Virus record (IMG/VR): IMGVR_UViG_3300033076_001232
Span: 206,435 to 250,353 of that record
Direction: 5' to 3' (one strand)
DNA from: a virus
Taxonomy: Duplodnaviria; Heunggongvirae; Uroviricota; Caudoviricetes
Length of the DNA stretch: 43,919 bases
In this document: positions 1-9,608 of the stretch, piece by piece
Position numbering within the stretch: the first letter of the stretch is position 1
How the letters are laid out: the number at the start of each line of letters is the position of its first letter
Position numbers and translations under genes: made by a program
Notes under the pieces: generated by a model
Databases searched by the model: none
What the model was told of the DNA's origin: nothing
What the model saw: the letters and a program-made list of their open reading frames with translations, nothing else

Positions 1-106
1 TGGAGTCTGGGGAGTTGATGGATATTCTCAGCATGAATATTTTCCTCTATTTGCGTACCTGATGGAAATCTTTTCAAAGTAGGAACTAAGAATTAAAAAG
101 AACAAA

Positions 107-535
107 ATGTCACTTAAAGAAAAAATTAATGCGGATTACATGTCTGCATTCAAATCAAAAAATGTTGTAGCAAAGAATCTTCTTTCCGTAGTAAAGGGAG
201 AAATTCAAACCATAGAGAAGAACATAGGCGTGGATTCTCTTTCCGATGATGAGGTTGTAAAGATTCTAAACAAAACAGTTAAGTCTTTGAAAGAAACACA
301 GTCTAAATCACCAAGCGCACAGACTGCGGAAGAGCTTTTCATTATCGAGAGCTATCTACCAAAGCAAATGACGGGGGAAGAGATAATCTCTAAGATCGAA
401 GAACTTATATCCGCTGGTGCTTCATCAACCGGGGAAATCATGAGAGGATTCGCTGGTCTTCCAGCAGACAGAAAGATGGTATCCGAGATCTACCTATCTA
501 AAATTAACAAATTAGAAAACAAAATCAATAACTAA
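107..535 (+). CDS. GatB/YqeY domain protein
   Basis: N-terminus MSLKEKINADYMSAFKSKN...LLSVVKGEIQ and internal IIESYLPKQM match the YqeY family pattern. Confidence 0.85.
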   Translation: MSLKEKINADYMSAFKSKNVVAKNLLSVVKGEIQTIEKNIGVDSLSDDEVVKILNKTVKSLKETQSKSPSAQTAEELFIIESYLPKQMTGEEIISKIEELISAGASSTGEIMRGFAGLPADRKMVSEIYLSKINKLENKINN

Positions 536-639
536 TGGAAAATTTACATCCAGTAGCACAGGTAACAGCTATTATCGTAATTGGTATAGTTATTTGCGTG
601 GTTTTTCTCGCTGCACTTACCAATTACTTTGATCGTTGA
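535..639 (+). CDS. 34-aa single-TM membrane peptide (not in ORF track)
   Basis: MENLHPVAQVTAIIVIGIVICVVFLAALTNYFDR; ATG overlaps the upstream TAA (TAATG) and its TGA overlaps the next ATG (TGATG). Confidence 0.7.
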   Translation: MENLHPVAQVTAIIVIGIVICVVFLAALTNYFDR

Positions 640-992
640 TGAGATCGTTCCGATTCTATAAAGAAGGTAGCGGTAGATGGTATGTAGATCTTCCTGAATG
701 GGAGGGAAGCAAAGATGAACTAGAAATGGTCGCCGGTGCCGACGCTTTTCTTGAGATTCTATCCCAGGGTGAGATCGAAGTAAATGTTATCCTATCGGTA
801 ACGGATTTTGACGGATCTGATAAGTTACAACTAATCAAACCAGGAAGGTTGGAAGGTTGGGAGCTAGGAGAGGGATCCTGGTATAAACTCGATAGCTATA
901 TAGGCATTTCGTATGACCTGGAAATGTGGCTATGTGATGTAACTAAATTTGTTTTTGGAGGATTTCCAGAGACCATATACTTTAAAAAATGA
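639..992 (+). CDS. conserved hypothetical protein, DUF6717-like
   Basis: RFYKE..RWYVDLPEWEG..LEMVAGAD and LEMWLCDVTKFVFG.FPETIY resemble a Bacteroidota/phage family recalled from memory; ATG at 639 preferred over TTG 636. Confidence 0.5.
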   Translation: MRSFRFYKEGSGRWYVDLPEWEGSKDELEMVAGADAFLEILSQGEIEVNVILSVTDFDGSDKLQLIKPGRLEGWELGEGSWYKLDSYIGISYDLEMWLCDVTKFVFGGFPETIYFKK

Positions 993-1615
993 CAAAGAAA
1001 CAGCTTTTAGAAAGAATTGAACAGCTAAAGGAATACATCCAGAACAGTCCGGATAATGACCCTAGAGATGCTTATGAAATTCGACACTGGAGGGAGGAAA
1101 TAGAGGAACTCGAGGCTAAGATTAAAGAACTTGACAGTGTTCCTGCTCCGTGGTTGAGAGCAAGTATCAAAATCATTAAGCCCATAGTTCTTATTGACAT
1201 GGACGGGGTTATCTGCGATTTCGATAAGAGAGCGAAGGAATTAGAATTGAAAGGTGTAAAGGGACACAGTCTTTTTAGACATCAGGATGCTTACAAAAAC
1301 CTAGATCCAATTGAAGGTGCAATTGATGCTTGGATCTCGCTACAAGAAAAATATGAAACGTATATCCTTAGCACACCACCATGGAGTAATCCTGATGCGT
1401 GGGCAGAGAAGAGAATTTGGGTTCAGCAGCATCTAGGGGATACGGCTAAAAAGAAACTTATTCTTTGTCACAATAAAGGATTAGTTAAGGGTGATTATCT
1501 TATTGACGATAGAATAGCCAACGGTGTTGCAGATTTTGAGGGTGAGCACATTCATTTTGGAAATGACGAATTTCCGGGTTGGAAAGAGGTGTTAACATAT
1601 TTAGGAATAAAATGA
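989..1615 (+). CDS. 5'(3')-deoxyribonucleotidase, HAD superfamily (NT5C-like), with ~60-aa N-terminal helical extension
   Basis: HAD motif I IDMDGVICDF, ILSTPP, KRIWVQQHLG, GDYLIDD. Confidence 0.85.
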   Translation: MTKKQLLERIEQLKEYIQNSPDNDPRDAYEIRHWREEIEELEAKIKELDSVPAPWLRASIKIIKPIVLIDMDGVICDFDKRAKELELKGVKGHSLFRHQDAYKNLDPIEGAIDAWISLQEKYETYILSTPPWSNPDAWAEKRIWVQQHLGDTAKKKLILCHNKGLVKGDYLIDDRIANGVADFEGEHIHFGNDEFPGWKEVLTYLGIK

Positions 1616-1974
1616 CAAAGGCTTACTTACTCATCGGGTCAGCTGGATCGTGGGACGATCATCACAGTGTGTCACTAGGAATATTCACCACATTAGAGGA
1701 AGCAAAAAAATGTGGGAAATCTTTTCTAAAAGAAAGAGCAGATCGGCTGGAAAAAATTAATAAAGAGTGTCCGATTGACGAGGAAATCAGAATGAAATAT
1801 GAAGAGCATTACGACTTTGTAGCTTTAGAATCACTTCCTCCAGAGGAACAGGAAAAATATCATGAATGGTGGTACGACAAGAATAAATTGGAGGAGATTA
1901 ACTCAAGTTATCATATTTATGAATTTGAGGTTAATAAATTTGACCTCGATGAGGTATTTAAAGAGAAATTTTAA
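1612..1974 (+). CDS. hypothetical protein
   Basis: Open frame; ATGA overlap with upstream stop favours start 1612 over 1579. Confidence 0.7.
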   Translation: MTKAYLLIGSAGSWDDHHSVSLGIFTTLEEAKKCGKSFLKERADRLEKINKECPIDEEIRMKYEEHYDFVALESLPPEEQEKYHEWWYDKNKLEEINSSYHIYEFEVNKFDLDEVFKEKF

Positions 1975-1985
1975 AAACAAAAAAT

Positions 1986-2663
1986 ATGATTTACTTATCA
2001 ATTGATCTAGAGACTACAGGCCTAGAAAAGGATCGATATCAGATTCTATCATTCGGTGCTATCTTGGAAAACACCGAGAAAAAATTACCCTATGACGAGA
2101 TCCCAAAATTTCATGCTGCTATCTTGCATAATGAAATAACAGGTTCACCATTTGCCATGAATATGAACAAGAAAATCATTGAGGCGATTGTTCAATACCA
2201 AACTACAAAGGATCAGGACGAGAAAAATGATCTGGTGCAAATGACAGGTATGCAATTCTATCATGAGAATGAACTTGTTGAGGGATTCTACAGATGGTTA
2301 TATGATAATGGAATGGTGGAAGATGATCCTAATTTTCTAAATCAACAAATAGTTAGATTAGAGAATGGGAAAATTTACCCAGCGATCACATCCAAAACTA
2401 AACCTGTTACTATTAATGTTGCTGGAAAAAACTTTGCTTCCTTTGATAAACACTTTGTCGATCGTCTTCCACGATGGCAGCAGTTAATTAGAATAAGACA
2501 AAGAATGATTGATCCGGCAGTAATCTTTACTGATTGGACAAAAGATAAAGCACTTCCAGCTTTATATGATTGTAAACAGAGAGCTAAAATCGAAGGAGAG
2601 GTTACACATGATGCTCTTGAAGATGCCTGGGACGTTATCCAGCTCCTAAGAACCCAATACTAA
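1986..2663 (+). CDS. DEDDh 3'-5' exonuclease
   Basis: ExoI SIDLETTGL, ExoII GKNFASFD, ExoIII HDALEDAWD. Confidence 0.85.
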   Translation: MIYLSIDLETTGLEKDRYQILSFGAILENTEKKLPYDEIPKFHAAILHNEITGSPFAMNMNKKIIEAIVQYQTTKDQDEKNDLVQMTGMQFYHENELVEGFYRWLYDNGMVEDDPNFLNQQIVRLENGKIYPAITSKTKPVTINVAGKNFASFDKHFVDRLPRWQQLIRIRQRMIDPAVIFTDWTKDKALPALYDCKQRAKIEGEVTHDALEDAWDVIQLLRTQY

Positions 2664-2664
2664 C

Positions 2665-2698
2665 AAAAAAACCTAGATCTTTCGGTCTAGGTTTTTTT
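2665..2698. terminator. bidirectional intrinsic terminator
   Basis: A-tract, stem CCTAGATC/GGTCTAGG with TTTC loop, T7 tract; lies between convergent genes. Confidence 0.85.
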
Positions 2699-2714
2699 AA
2701 GTTTTATCTTTTTA

Positions 2715-4127
2715 TTAGTGATTAGAGTCTCTGAATCTTAAGCCTTCCAACTGGCAAACTCTTTCATATAGACCTTGGTGTTTTGATTCTTTAAGGTATT
2801 TAGAAAGATCCCTTACCCTATCAAAATCTCTAGCATCTATTGCATCGTCAATTAGCTTACCAATTTCTTTTTGAGACATATTTGCATAATCAGGTTCTCC
2901 TTCAGGTTCTGCTTGAGTAGCAGTATACGGTGATTCTTCATCAGAATCTATACCGGCCATTCTTAGCTCATAGTCTTTTTGTTCCTGAACTATTTCATCG
3001 ATTATTTCCTGAACTCCTTCTTTAGCTTTAGGATTTTCCTCAAGAATCATTAACATTAACTTAAGAAAATCTTCAGCTGGCATCATCATCATTTTACCAA
3101 ATACATGTTCTCTTAAATTTGGTATATCCGCCGACTCCGGAAACTCGTTAACAAAGTCTCTAAGATCTCCTGCTATTTCTGGTCCATATCTTAGATCCTC
3201 TATTTCATCAGCTAATGAATCGGTGTTATCTATAACTATCTGAGCAGTTTCCTCGTCTTCAGGAATTCCACATGCAGCAATAAGCTCGTAGATTCCTTTA
3301 ACCGTCTCATGAAGAAGCATTGCGAAGTCTGATCCAAGTGCGTTTATCGTTGGTTTAACTTGGTCGAATAGTTCCTCTGTTTCTTCAGAAGGAAGTTCGT
3401 CATCTGACATTAATTCGTCAAGAATTTGCTGGGCAATTTCTTCACTATCTTTAGGTTTTTCTGGTGTTTCCCATTGAACTGAAACAGATCCAGAAAACCC
3501 AGATTTATCTCTTTCCCACATCTCCTTTTGAACCTCCATGGGGATAGCCCAATCGAAAAATCCAGCGATCTCAGTGATTTTATTTAGGATTACTCTGTAT
3601 TCTTCTCCGGTTTCTCTACCGAGAATTTCAAATAAACCATCTCTAACCTCAGGAAGATTTAACATCTTCTTGGTGTTCTTAGCTTCCCCTTGGGTGATAT
3701 TGTTTGCTATCTTTCTCTTATGGATCTCAGAAATAATTCCAGCATCTTGTAGTTCCTTGAGCTGTGGCATTTCAGCCGGTTCGGAAGGAACGTTTTCCAT
3801 CATTTTTTTGATCTGGTCATTTTTCGGGAATTTAATCCTTAGTTCCACATCGTTTAGAATATCACCATACATGGTTCGAATAGCTCTTTCAGCCAAAGCT
3901 TCAAGTTGAGCCTCTTTTCCTTTCTGTATTTCCTTAGCTCTAGAAACCAAACTCATGAATTGAGGAATGTCTCTTCCGTGTGTTCTTTGAAGTTCAGCGT
4001 TTCTTTGCTGAGCTCTTCTCTCTACATCGGCTAAGTATTTTTTATCGCTTTCTCCGCCTTCACCAGGAATACCTGGATTACCGCTAAGAGATGCTTCATT
4101 TAGTCTGTCTTGGAATGATTTAATCAT
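2715..4127 (-). CDS. acidic hypothetical protein, putative head-packaged protein
   Basis: 470-aa ORF; leader MIKSFQDRLNE-A of the shared capsid-targeting-like type. Confidence 0.75.
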   Translation of the reverse strand: MIKSFQDRLNEASLSGNPGIPGEGGESDKKYLADVERRAQQRNAELQRTHGRDIPQFMSLVSRAKEIQKGKEAQLEALAERAIRTMYGDILNDVELRIKFPKNDQIKKMMENVPSEPAEMPQLKELQDAGIISEIHKRKIANNITQGEAKNTKKMLNLPEVRDGLFEILGRETGEEYRVILNKITEIAGFFDWAIPMEVQKEMWERDKSGFSGSVSVQWETPEKPKDSEEIAQQILDELMSDDELPSEETEELFDQVKPTINALGSDFAMLLHETVKGIYELIAACGIPEDEETAQIVIDNTDSLADEIEDLRYGPEIAGDLRDFVNEFPESADIPNLREHVFGKMMMMPAEDFLKLMLMILEENPKAKEGVQEIIDEIVQEQKDYELRMAGIDSDEESPYTATQAEPEGEPDYANMSQKEIGKLIDDAIDARDFDRVRDLSKYLKESKHQGLYERVCQLEGLRFRDSNH

Positions 4128-4380
4128 CGTATCTGGATTTTAGTTTTTTCAAATCAAATTTAATAGGCATTTTGCTTTTTCTAAGCTCTGCCATAAATCT
4201 TTTCGTTACATCTTCTGCCTTTGCCTTTGGTTTAGGATCAACTGAAGGCTTATCTCTTCGGATAGGTCCTGGTCTAGAAGGGGTGGTTCCTGGGCTGATT
4301 CCTGGCTTGATAGTAGGCTGAGCTGGCGCTGTGCCTGGCTTCGTAGCTAGAAACTCGTCAATTTTTGTGATTATTGCCAT
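4120..4380 (-). CDS. Pro/Lys-rich small protein
   Basis: Start MAIITKIDEF at 4380 follows an A-rich stretch 20 nt below GATATATA; KPG/TP repeats; overlaps next start. Confidence 0.7.
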   Translation of the reverse strand: MAIITKIDEFLATKPGTAPAQPTIKPGISPGTTPSRPGPIRRDKPSVDPKPKAKAEDVTKRFMAELRKSKMPIKFDLKKLKSRYDD

Positions 4381-4400
4381 TCTTTTACGTTTTAATTTTG

Positions 4401-4410
4401 AATATATATC
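4401..4410. promoter_or_regulatory. putative bidirectional late promoter (AATATATATC)
   Basis: Reads GATATATA on minus and AATATATA on plus, about 20 nt from both divergent starts (4380 and 4430). Confidence 0.55.
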
Positions 4411-4429
4411 TAAAGTAAATTTGTATACA

Positions 4430-5959
4430 ATGATGAAAAATCTAAGCTTCCGCACTTTTTTCGAAGCTGTTGAACCTCTAAATGAGAATGTCCAAGCAGC
4501 GAAAGACTATTTATTAAAAAAATACGCAGACAAAAAGGACATAAAATTGAGTGAAATCCCAGAAGAGGACAAGAGAAGGATCCTACAGAATCCTCGATTT
4601 GTTCAAGTAAGAGATTTAACACAAAAAAATCCAGGATACACCCTTCCATTTTTGAAGTTCTATATGGAGCAAAATGCTACATTGGAGGAACTTGAAGAAA
4701 TTTTCGGATTGCTTCAGAAATATAAGAATGCTCTTGGTGATCTACCTATGTCAATAGGGGATTATTCCAAATACGTTCCATCTGGAGAGGACGATGACAC
4801 TAAACCAGGGTATGAACTTTTAGGAGATGAACTTAGAAGCTTCGAAAGAAGGAAAAAGGTTAAGGACTTCTTCCAAGAGATGACTCCTAGAATGAAAAAA
4901 GAATTCAACAAAGCATCTGATGAAGAAATAGAAGATTTAACAGCTATTTCTAACCAGTTAAAGACTCTACCTGATGTTGATGGCGAGAATGCTTGGAAGT
5001 CTTTTTCTAAGAACATGAAAAAGTACGATGATAGCAGAACTTATCCGGAATATTCAAATCCACGTACAGCTTTCCTAGATATTAAAAAAGACGCTTTGAA
5101 TTTCATAGAGGCTTGGGGTAAAGGTGACGATGAGCTTTTAGCATCGATTAAAAAATTAGGACCTCAAGCTGGTATTCTTTATGCTAAGGACAAATACATT
5201 GCAATGTCTGCTAGAACACCGGAAGCAAACAGAGCAGTTTGTTCTGACACTGGCTGGTGTATCAAAACAGATTCTACTTTCTGGTCTTATGGAGGAGGTA
5301 GAATCCAGTTAAATATTATTGACAGAAACCGTCCGGTTTCGGATCCTAAAAGCTTAGTTGGAATTACAATTAACCCGGATGGAACCGTACACACTGCACA
5401 CGACAGACCTAACCATAGAGTTAGCGGTAGAACATACGTTGATATCCTGAAGGATTACTTTCCAATGGATCTGGTTAATGCCGTTAAGGAAAAGTTTGAA
5501 AGAGAGGTTTCTATTAAACTAGCTCTTGAAAAATATTATAGAGAATCAGGGAGTCTAGACACTAAGAAAATTATAGAATCACTTATTACTTTAAGTAAAG
5601 GATTTTTATCTGGTGTCGTACCACCTGAAGATTGGGAACAGATCTCAGGCGTAGTATCTGAGATTATCTTCATCGAGAAGAAACTTACCAAAGGTGAATT
5701 CATGAAGGTATTTAGAGATCACGGGATTTTCTCTGAAGCGACATGGCACGTTTTCGATGCTATTGTTGGCAAGGACTACTCTAAGGATGATATGGAAATG
5801 ATTATGACTTCGGTTAAGAGAAATCTTAAGAACATGGAGGATTTACTAGATCTTAAAAAACAGGGAGTTCTGGAGATTAAGCCTAAAGACGTTCAAAGTA
5901 TGGAGGAGATCATTAACAACAAGAGTCAAGTCTTGGGTGAGATCACTAAAAGAATGTAA
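4430..5959 (+). CDS. hypothetical protein with PcfJ-like 'WC' domain, putative head-packaged protein
   Basis: Leader MMKNLSFRTFFE-AVEPLNE; AVCSDTGWCIK...QLNIID resembles PcfJ-like phage domains; start revised from 4331. Confidence 0.6.
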   Translation: MMKNLSFRTFFEAVEPLNENVQAAKDYLLKKYADKKDIKLSEIPEEDKRRILQNPRFVQVRDLTQKNPGYTLPFLKFYMEQNATLEELEEIFGLLQKYKNALGDLPMSIGDYSKYVPSGEDDDTKPGYELLGDELRSFERRKKVKDFFQEMTPRMKKEFNKASDEEIEDLTAISNQLKTLPDVDGENAWKSFSKNMKKYDDSRTYPEYSNPRTAFLDIKKDALNFIEAWGKGDDELLASIKKLGPQAGILYAKDKYIAMSARTPEANRAVCSDTGWCIKTDSTFWSYGGGRIQLNIIDRNRPVSDPKSLVGITINPDGTVHTAHDRPNHRVSGRTYVDILKDYFPMDLVNAVKEKFEREVSIKLALEKYYRESGSLDTKKIIESLITLSKGFLSGVVPPEDWEQISGVVSEIIFIEKKLTKGEFMKVFRDHGIFSEATWHVFDAIVGKDYSKDDMEMIMTSVKRNLKNMEDLLDLKKQGVLEIKPKDVQSMEEIINNKSQVLGEITKRM

Positions 5960-5979
5960 AAACAAAAACTAAACATAAA

Positions 5980-7224
5980 ATGGAAGAATTAAAAAATAGC
6001 GGATCCCATATAGATGAAATGGCCAAAAGAGGTCAATGGTATGGTCTCACTGATGCTACAAGAGAATTCAATGATGCTTTTAATAATACACCAGAAGGAC
6101 AGGATCTACAAGCAATAGGGGTAAAGATAGAAGCAAGAGATAGCGGTACTCTATTATTGACACGTACAGGAGGTCCAATGGCTGATGTCGAGCTTTATAA
6201 AAATGAAGACGGTGAATTCTGTTATGAATATCTCTCTAGCAAAGCAGGTGTGGAAAGATATGCACTCCATAAATTTGAAACCCCTGAAAGAGCTTTAAGA
6301 TCTCTATTGCTTAGAATTATCAGAAATAACATTCCAGCAGCTATAATTCCAAAGAAAGACATTCCTAATATTAACTTTAGCGAATTAGTTCCGATCGGTG
6401 GAGGATTAAGCATGCAGGAAATTCTAGGTAGAATGAAACAAACCATTGCAGCTGATGAACTAATCGATCCGGATGCAAATGCCGTTGAGGCTTTACCAAC
6501 TATTCAGAATCTAGAGAATATGGGAATTGTTGGACGTGCTGAAAGAGGAAGAGTTACTGACATAGTTAAAAAGGTTGATGTTATCGCTCCTAAGTATAAG
6601 TTCTATTCCAGAGCAGCTGCTAGAGTTGGTCAAATATACGGCGAGATGATAGCTCAGTTATTAGAGACAAGTTACAGTAACCTAGGTGGAACTATGACGG
6701 AGAGCTTCGAAGTTTGGAGGGTGAATAACACCAACAGACTTCCTCTAAATGGAATCAACTTCCGAACCGGAGATAATTCGGTTAGATGTAACATCCAGGA
6801 CAACGAGATTTTTGGATCTGTTTTCATCGCTATTTTCAAAAGAACTTTTAAAAGAGCGAAAGGTAAATACGAGAAAGAGCACTTACTTAGAGGTGGATAT
6901 GGATTCTTAAGAGATTCCGATGTATCTAAAAAAGAACTTTTAAAAGAGATCAACGTTCTACTTTCAGATTACTTTACTGAGGCTGCTGAAAAACTAGAGC
7001 CTACTGTTTTCATCGATCCAGGAATGGAGGGATCACAGATTCACGATAACGCTAAAGCACTCTTACTTAAGTATCTTCTTAAAAAAGGATCGATGGATCT
7101 AAAAAGAGCAATAAGTGAAAATGAGGCACTTAGCGATCTTGTAGACATGACAACTAGACATGAGGATATGGACGATTTAACAAGAAAACTAATCGACGTA
7201 TCAAGAGCATTAAGATTCGTATAA
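5980..7224 (+). CDS. hypothetical protein, possible virion protein
   Basis: 414-aa ORF; possible leader ending IDE-M; C-terminal tail shared with 26511..26909. Confidence 0.7.
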   Translation: MEELKNSGSHIDEMAKRGQWYGLTDATREFNDAFNNTPEGQDLQAIGVKIEARDSGTLLLTRTGGPMADVELYKNEDGEFCYEYLSSKAGVERYALHKFETPERALRSLLLRIIRNNIPAAIIPKKDIPNINFSELVPIGGGLSMQEILGRMKQTIAADELIDPDANAVEALPTIQNLENMGIVGRAERGRVTDIVKKVDVIAPKYKFYSRAAARVGQIYGEMIAQLLETSYSNLGGTMTESFEVWRVNNTNRLPLNGINFRTGDNSVRCNIQDNEIFGSVFIAIFKRTFKRAKGKYEKEHLLRGGYGFLRDSDVSKKELLKEINVLLSDYFTEAAEKLEPTVFIDPGMEGSQIHDNAKALLLKYLLKKGSMDLKRAISENEALSDLVDMTTRHEDMDDLTRKLIDVSRALRFV

Positions 7225-7233
7225 AAACAAGAT

Positions 7234-7479
7234 ATGGAATTAACAGAAAGAAAAAGACAGGACGTTTGCTCAGGATGTCAAAAATCAATACTTGATCCTG
7301 AGAAAGAGTGTCCACATTGCGGAACATTCCCACATAAAGCTTATCATGAAAGAGCAGCTTCAAAAACATTAGGGATAGCAAAGTGGCTACAAAATGCACC
7401 AGTTATGCAACCAAACCAAAAGTTAAGTGAGGGAACGGATAAATTAGACAATCTACTCTCATTTGAGGATTTCAATTAA
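7234..7479 (+). CDS. small zinc-ribbon protein
   Basis: CSGC-x10-CPHC. Confidence 0.65.
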   Translation: MELTERKRQDVCSGCQKSILDPEKECPHCGTFPHKAYHERAASKTLGIAKWLQNAPVMQPNQKLSEGTDKLDNLLSFEDFN

Positions 7480-7496
7480 TAAGTGAAGAAAAGAAG

Positions 7497-7525
7497 AAAT
7501 CCGGATTTACGTCCGGATTTTTTTT
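7497..7525 (+). terminator. intrinsic terminator
   Basis: AAATCCGGA-TTTACG-TCCGGATTT followed by T-tract. Confidence 0.85.
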
Positions 7526-7533
7526 GTGGTCTA

Positions 7534-7565
7534 TTTTTTATTCCCGAACTAATAATTTATTTTTG
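7534..7565 (+). promoter_or_regulatory. bipartite early promoter
   Basis: TTTTTTATTCCCG-N11-TATTTTTG, 15 nt before ATG; second box fits Bacteroidota -7 consensus TAnnTTTG. Confidence 0.75.
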
Positions 7566-7580
7566 GTGAAAATCAAGTAG

Positions 7581-8237
7581 ATGAAAACGATTATTCATGT
7601 CAATCAGCATAACATAAAGGCCAACTCCAAAGGGGAGGATCGTCCTGTTCTGACCTGTAAGACATATAAATCGAATAACTACTCCAACGAGGCCATAATT
7701 CATGGCTGCGATGGTTTACCTGCTGCTAGAGTAATTTATTCACCAGAAAAACCTTTATCCTGTGGGGCAAAAGTTTGGGTAGAGACCGAGAATAAAGTGA
7801 CATACCCAGGTCCACCCGATATCGATAATTTTCCAGATATGGATGATTTTGGGGAAGAAAAAATTATAGATAAACTCCTGGAGGATTATAGGAAGTTTGC
7901 CATTATCGATGTAGAGGTTTTAGTCGAAAGAGGAGAAGATGACAAACCCATATTCAAAAAGGAAGGTCCAACATATCAAATGTATGGTCCGCCAATGGAC
8001 GAAGAAACTCTGTCCGAGGTCGATGACGAAGCTATCAAAATTGCTAAGAGCGTATTTGATGGAGTCCACGAGTCTTATGTAATTGAAATGCTATATAAGA
8101 TCTGCTACGATAGTGATGGTTATAGAAGCTGGAACTATTTAGAGTTTACCGGGGAATACACAATCACCCGTTTTAATTACGAAACCGATGAAACGATAGA
8201 AACTTTTGAAATAAATGATTTATGGGAAGGAATATAG
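7581..8237 (+). CDS. hypothetical protein; N-terminal conserved phage domain fused to acidic C-terminal region
   Basis: IHVNQHNIKAN...CKTYKSN...YSPEKPLSCGAKVWVET is a recognisable small phage domain. Confidence 0.65.
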   Translation: MKTIIHVNQHNIKANSKGEDRPVLTCKTYKSNNYSNEAIIHGCDGLPAARVIYSPEKPLSCGAKVWVETENKVTYPGPPDIDNFPDMDDFGEEKIIDKLLEDYRKFAIIDVEVLVERGEDDKPIFKKEGPTYQMYGPPMDEETLSEVDDEAIKIAKSVFDGVHESYVIEMLYKICYDSDGYRSWNYLEFTGEYTITRFNYETDETIETFEINDLWEGI

Positions 8238-8749
8238 AGGTAAGTGAAGAAACTTACAAAAAATTAATTGAGCTTGCAACTGAAATGACATCCCAGGATC
8301 CAAGGGGAACCAGAATGCCACACATGTTTCAAATTCGGGACTGGAAGAAAGTTTATGATTGGGGATTAAACGGCGACAATAGAGTCTGGATTGGTGATCA
8401 TGAATGGGAGATTGAAACCCTAGATAATTTCATCGAATACCTGGATGAGTATGAGATTGAATATAAAAAAGAGGAGATCGAAGAGCTATGGAATGACGAC
8501 AGAGATTTTGGTCTACCCGATTGGATTGAAGAGAATTGTCCAGATCTAAAAGAGTGCTCATACTCTATGGAACCAGTTTACACCAATTCTTTCCTGACTG
8601 CTAAGGCTGCTCAGCAACACCTTGATGCTAATTACTACCATTATCACAAGGATGCTGATGTGTACTTGAATCACGCCTGGAGAAACCCCGAAGCTGATCT
8701 AATTAGCGAGTTTCTATGTGGACTAGTTGGTAAGGATATTTACAAGTAA
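8222..8749 (+). CDS. conserved phage hypothetical protein
   Basis: SQDPRGTRMP..FQI and FLTAKAAQQHL..NYYHY...AWRNPE pattern. Confidence 0.7.
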   Translation: MGRNIEVSEETYKKLIELATEMTSQDPRGTRMPHMFQIRDWKKVYDWGLNGDNRVWIGDHEWEIETLDNFIEYLDEYEIEYKKEEIEELWNDDRDFGLPDWIEENCPDLKECSYSMEPVYTNSFLTAKAAQQHLDANYYHYHKDADVYLNHAWRNPEADLISEFLCGLVGKDIYK

Positions 8750-8758
8750 AAAATACAA

Positions 8759-9067
8759 ATGGAGAGAAGAAATGAATTTTTAGAATCCGATGGGTTATTC
8801 TGGGAAAGTGAAACCCATGAGTGGTTCAATGATAAGATTAACACCCAATATGCAAGAAAGAAATCGATTCTTTGGGGATCTGGAGAGCAAGACGATGCTT
8901 TAGATGTTGCTTGTTTCGTAGTTCGTAATAAGGAAACTGGTGAATATGACAGAGTCATGATGGATAAGCCAACCAACCAGATAATCTACTCTACCAAGAG
9001 TCTAGAGGCCCTGGCCTATAAGATTGATCAATTGAAGGTATTAAAAAGATTTGAAGAGAAAAATTAA
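8759..9067 (+). CDS. hypothetical protein
   Basis: In-operon ORF with A-rich upstream region. Confidence 0.7.
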   Translation: MERRNEFLESDGLFWESETHEWFNDKINTQYARKKSILWGSGEQDDALDVACFVVRNKETGEYDRVMMDKPTNQIIYSTKSLEALAYKIDQLKVLKRFEEKN

Positions 9068-9077
9068 ATTAAACACG

Positions 9078-9608
9078 ATGCAAGAAAAAACAAAGATTGA
9101 ATATTTAGATCACAGTATGACAGAGGATTCAAACTCGGTAGAAATTCTATTTTGTCAAGAACTCGAAAAAACCGGTAAAATAAATCCTCTCGGTGAAGAG
9201 ATGATGAAGATCTTAATTACTCTGGTCACCAGAAAGGATCTGATAGATGAAATCTACGATGAACTTAAAAAGAGAACCGCATTAGTAGCGATACTTGAGG
9301 ACAGACTGGGTACAATGAATCGGGAGCTTGATAAGGGGGCTGCTCTTTTTGTTGGTCTAGCTTGTGAGACCCCTGGAGATTCTGTAATGTATGCCTACTA
9401 TCTTGCTCACAAGATGAAACAAAGAAATCTCGGGAAAACACTCGATTTGGAAACTATCTGCATGGAGATCTTTCCTAATGGATTATTCTCCAAAGAGTCA
9501 TTGGACGAGATCTGGGATAAACAAAAGGTTTCTAGGGGAGAAGGGGTTTCAGGAAGTGACAATTTACTTGACTACAGAAAAGCTTCTGAGAGTCTAATCT
9601 ATGAATAA
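9078..9608 (+). CDS. hypothetical protein
   Basis: In-operon ORF; ATG 9078 preferred over TTG 9051. Confidence 0.65.
   Translation: MQEKTKIEYLDHSMTEDSNSVEILFCQELEKTGKINPLGEEMMKILITLVTRKDLIDEIYDELKKRTALVAILEDRLGTMNRELDKGAALFVGLACETPGDSVMYAYYLAHKMKQRNLGKTLDLETICMEIFPNGLFSKESLDEIWDKQKVSRGEGVSGSDNLLDYRKASESLIYE

Noticed and set aside
1-82. 3' end of an upstream ORF (GVWGVDG...EIFSK, stop at 80-82)
   Set aside because: Only 26 codons are visible and the frame is ambiguous; not enough to call.
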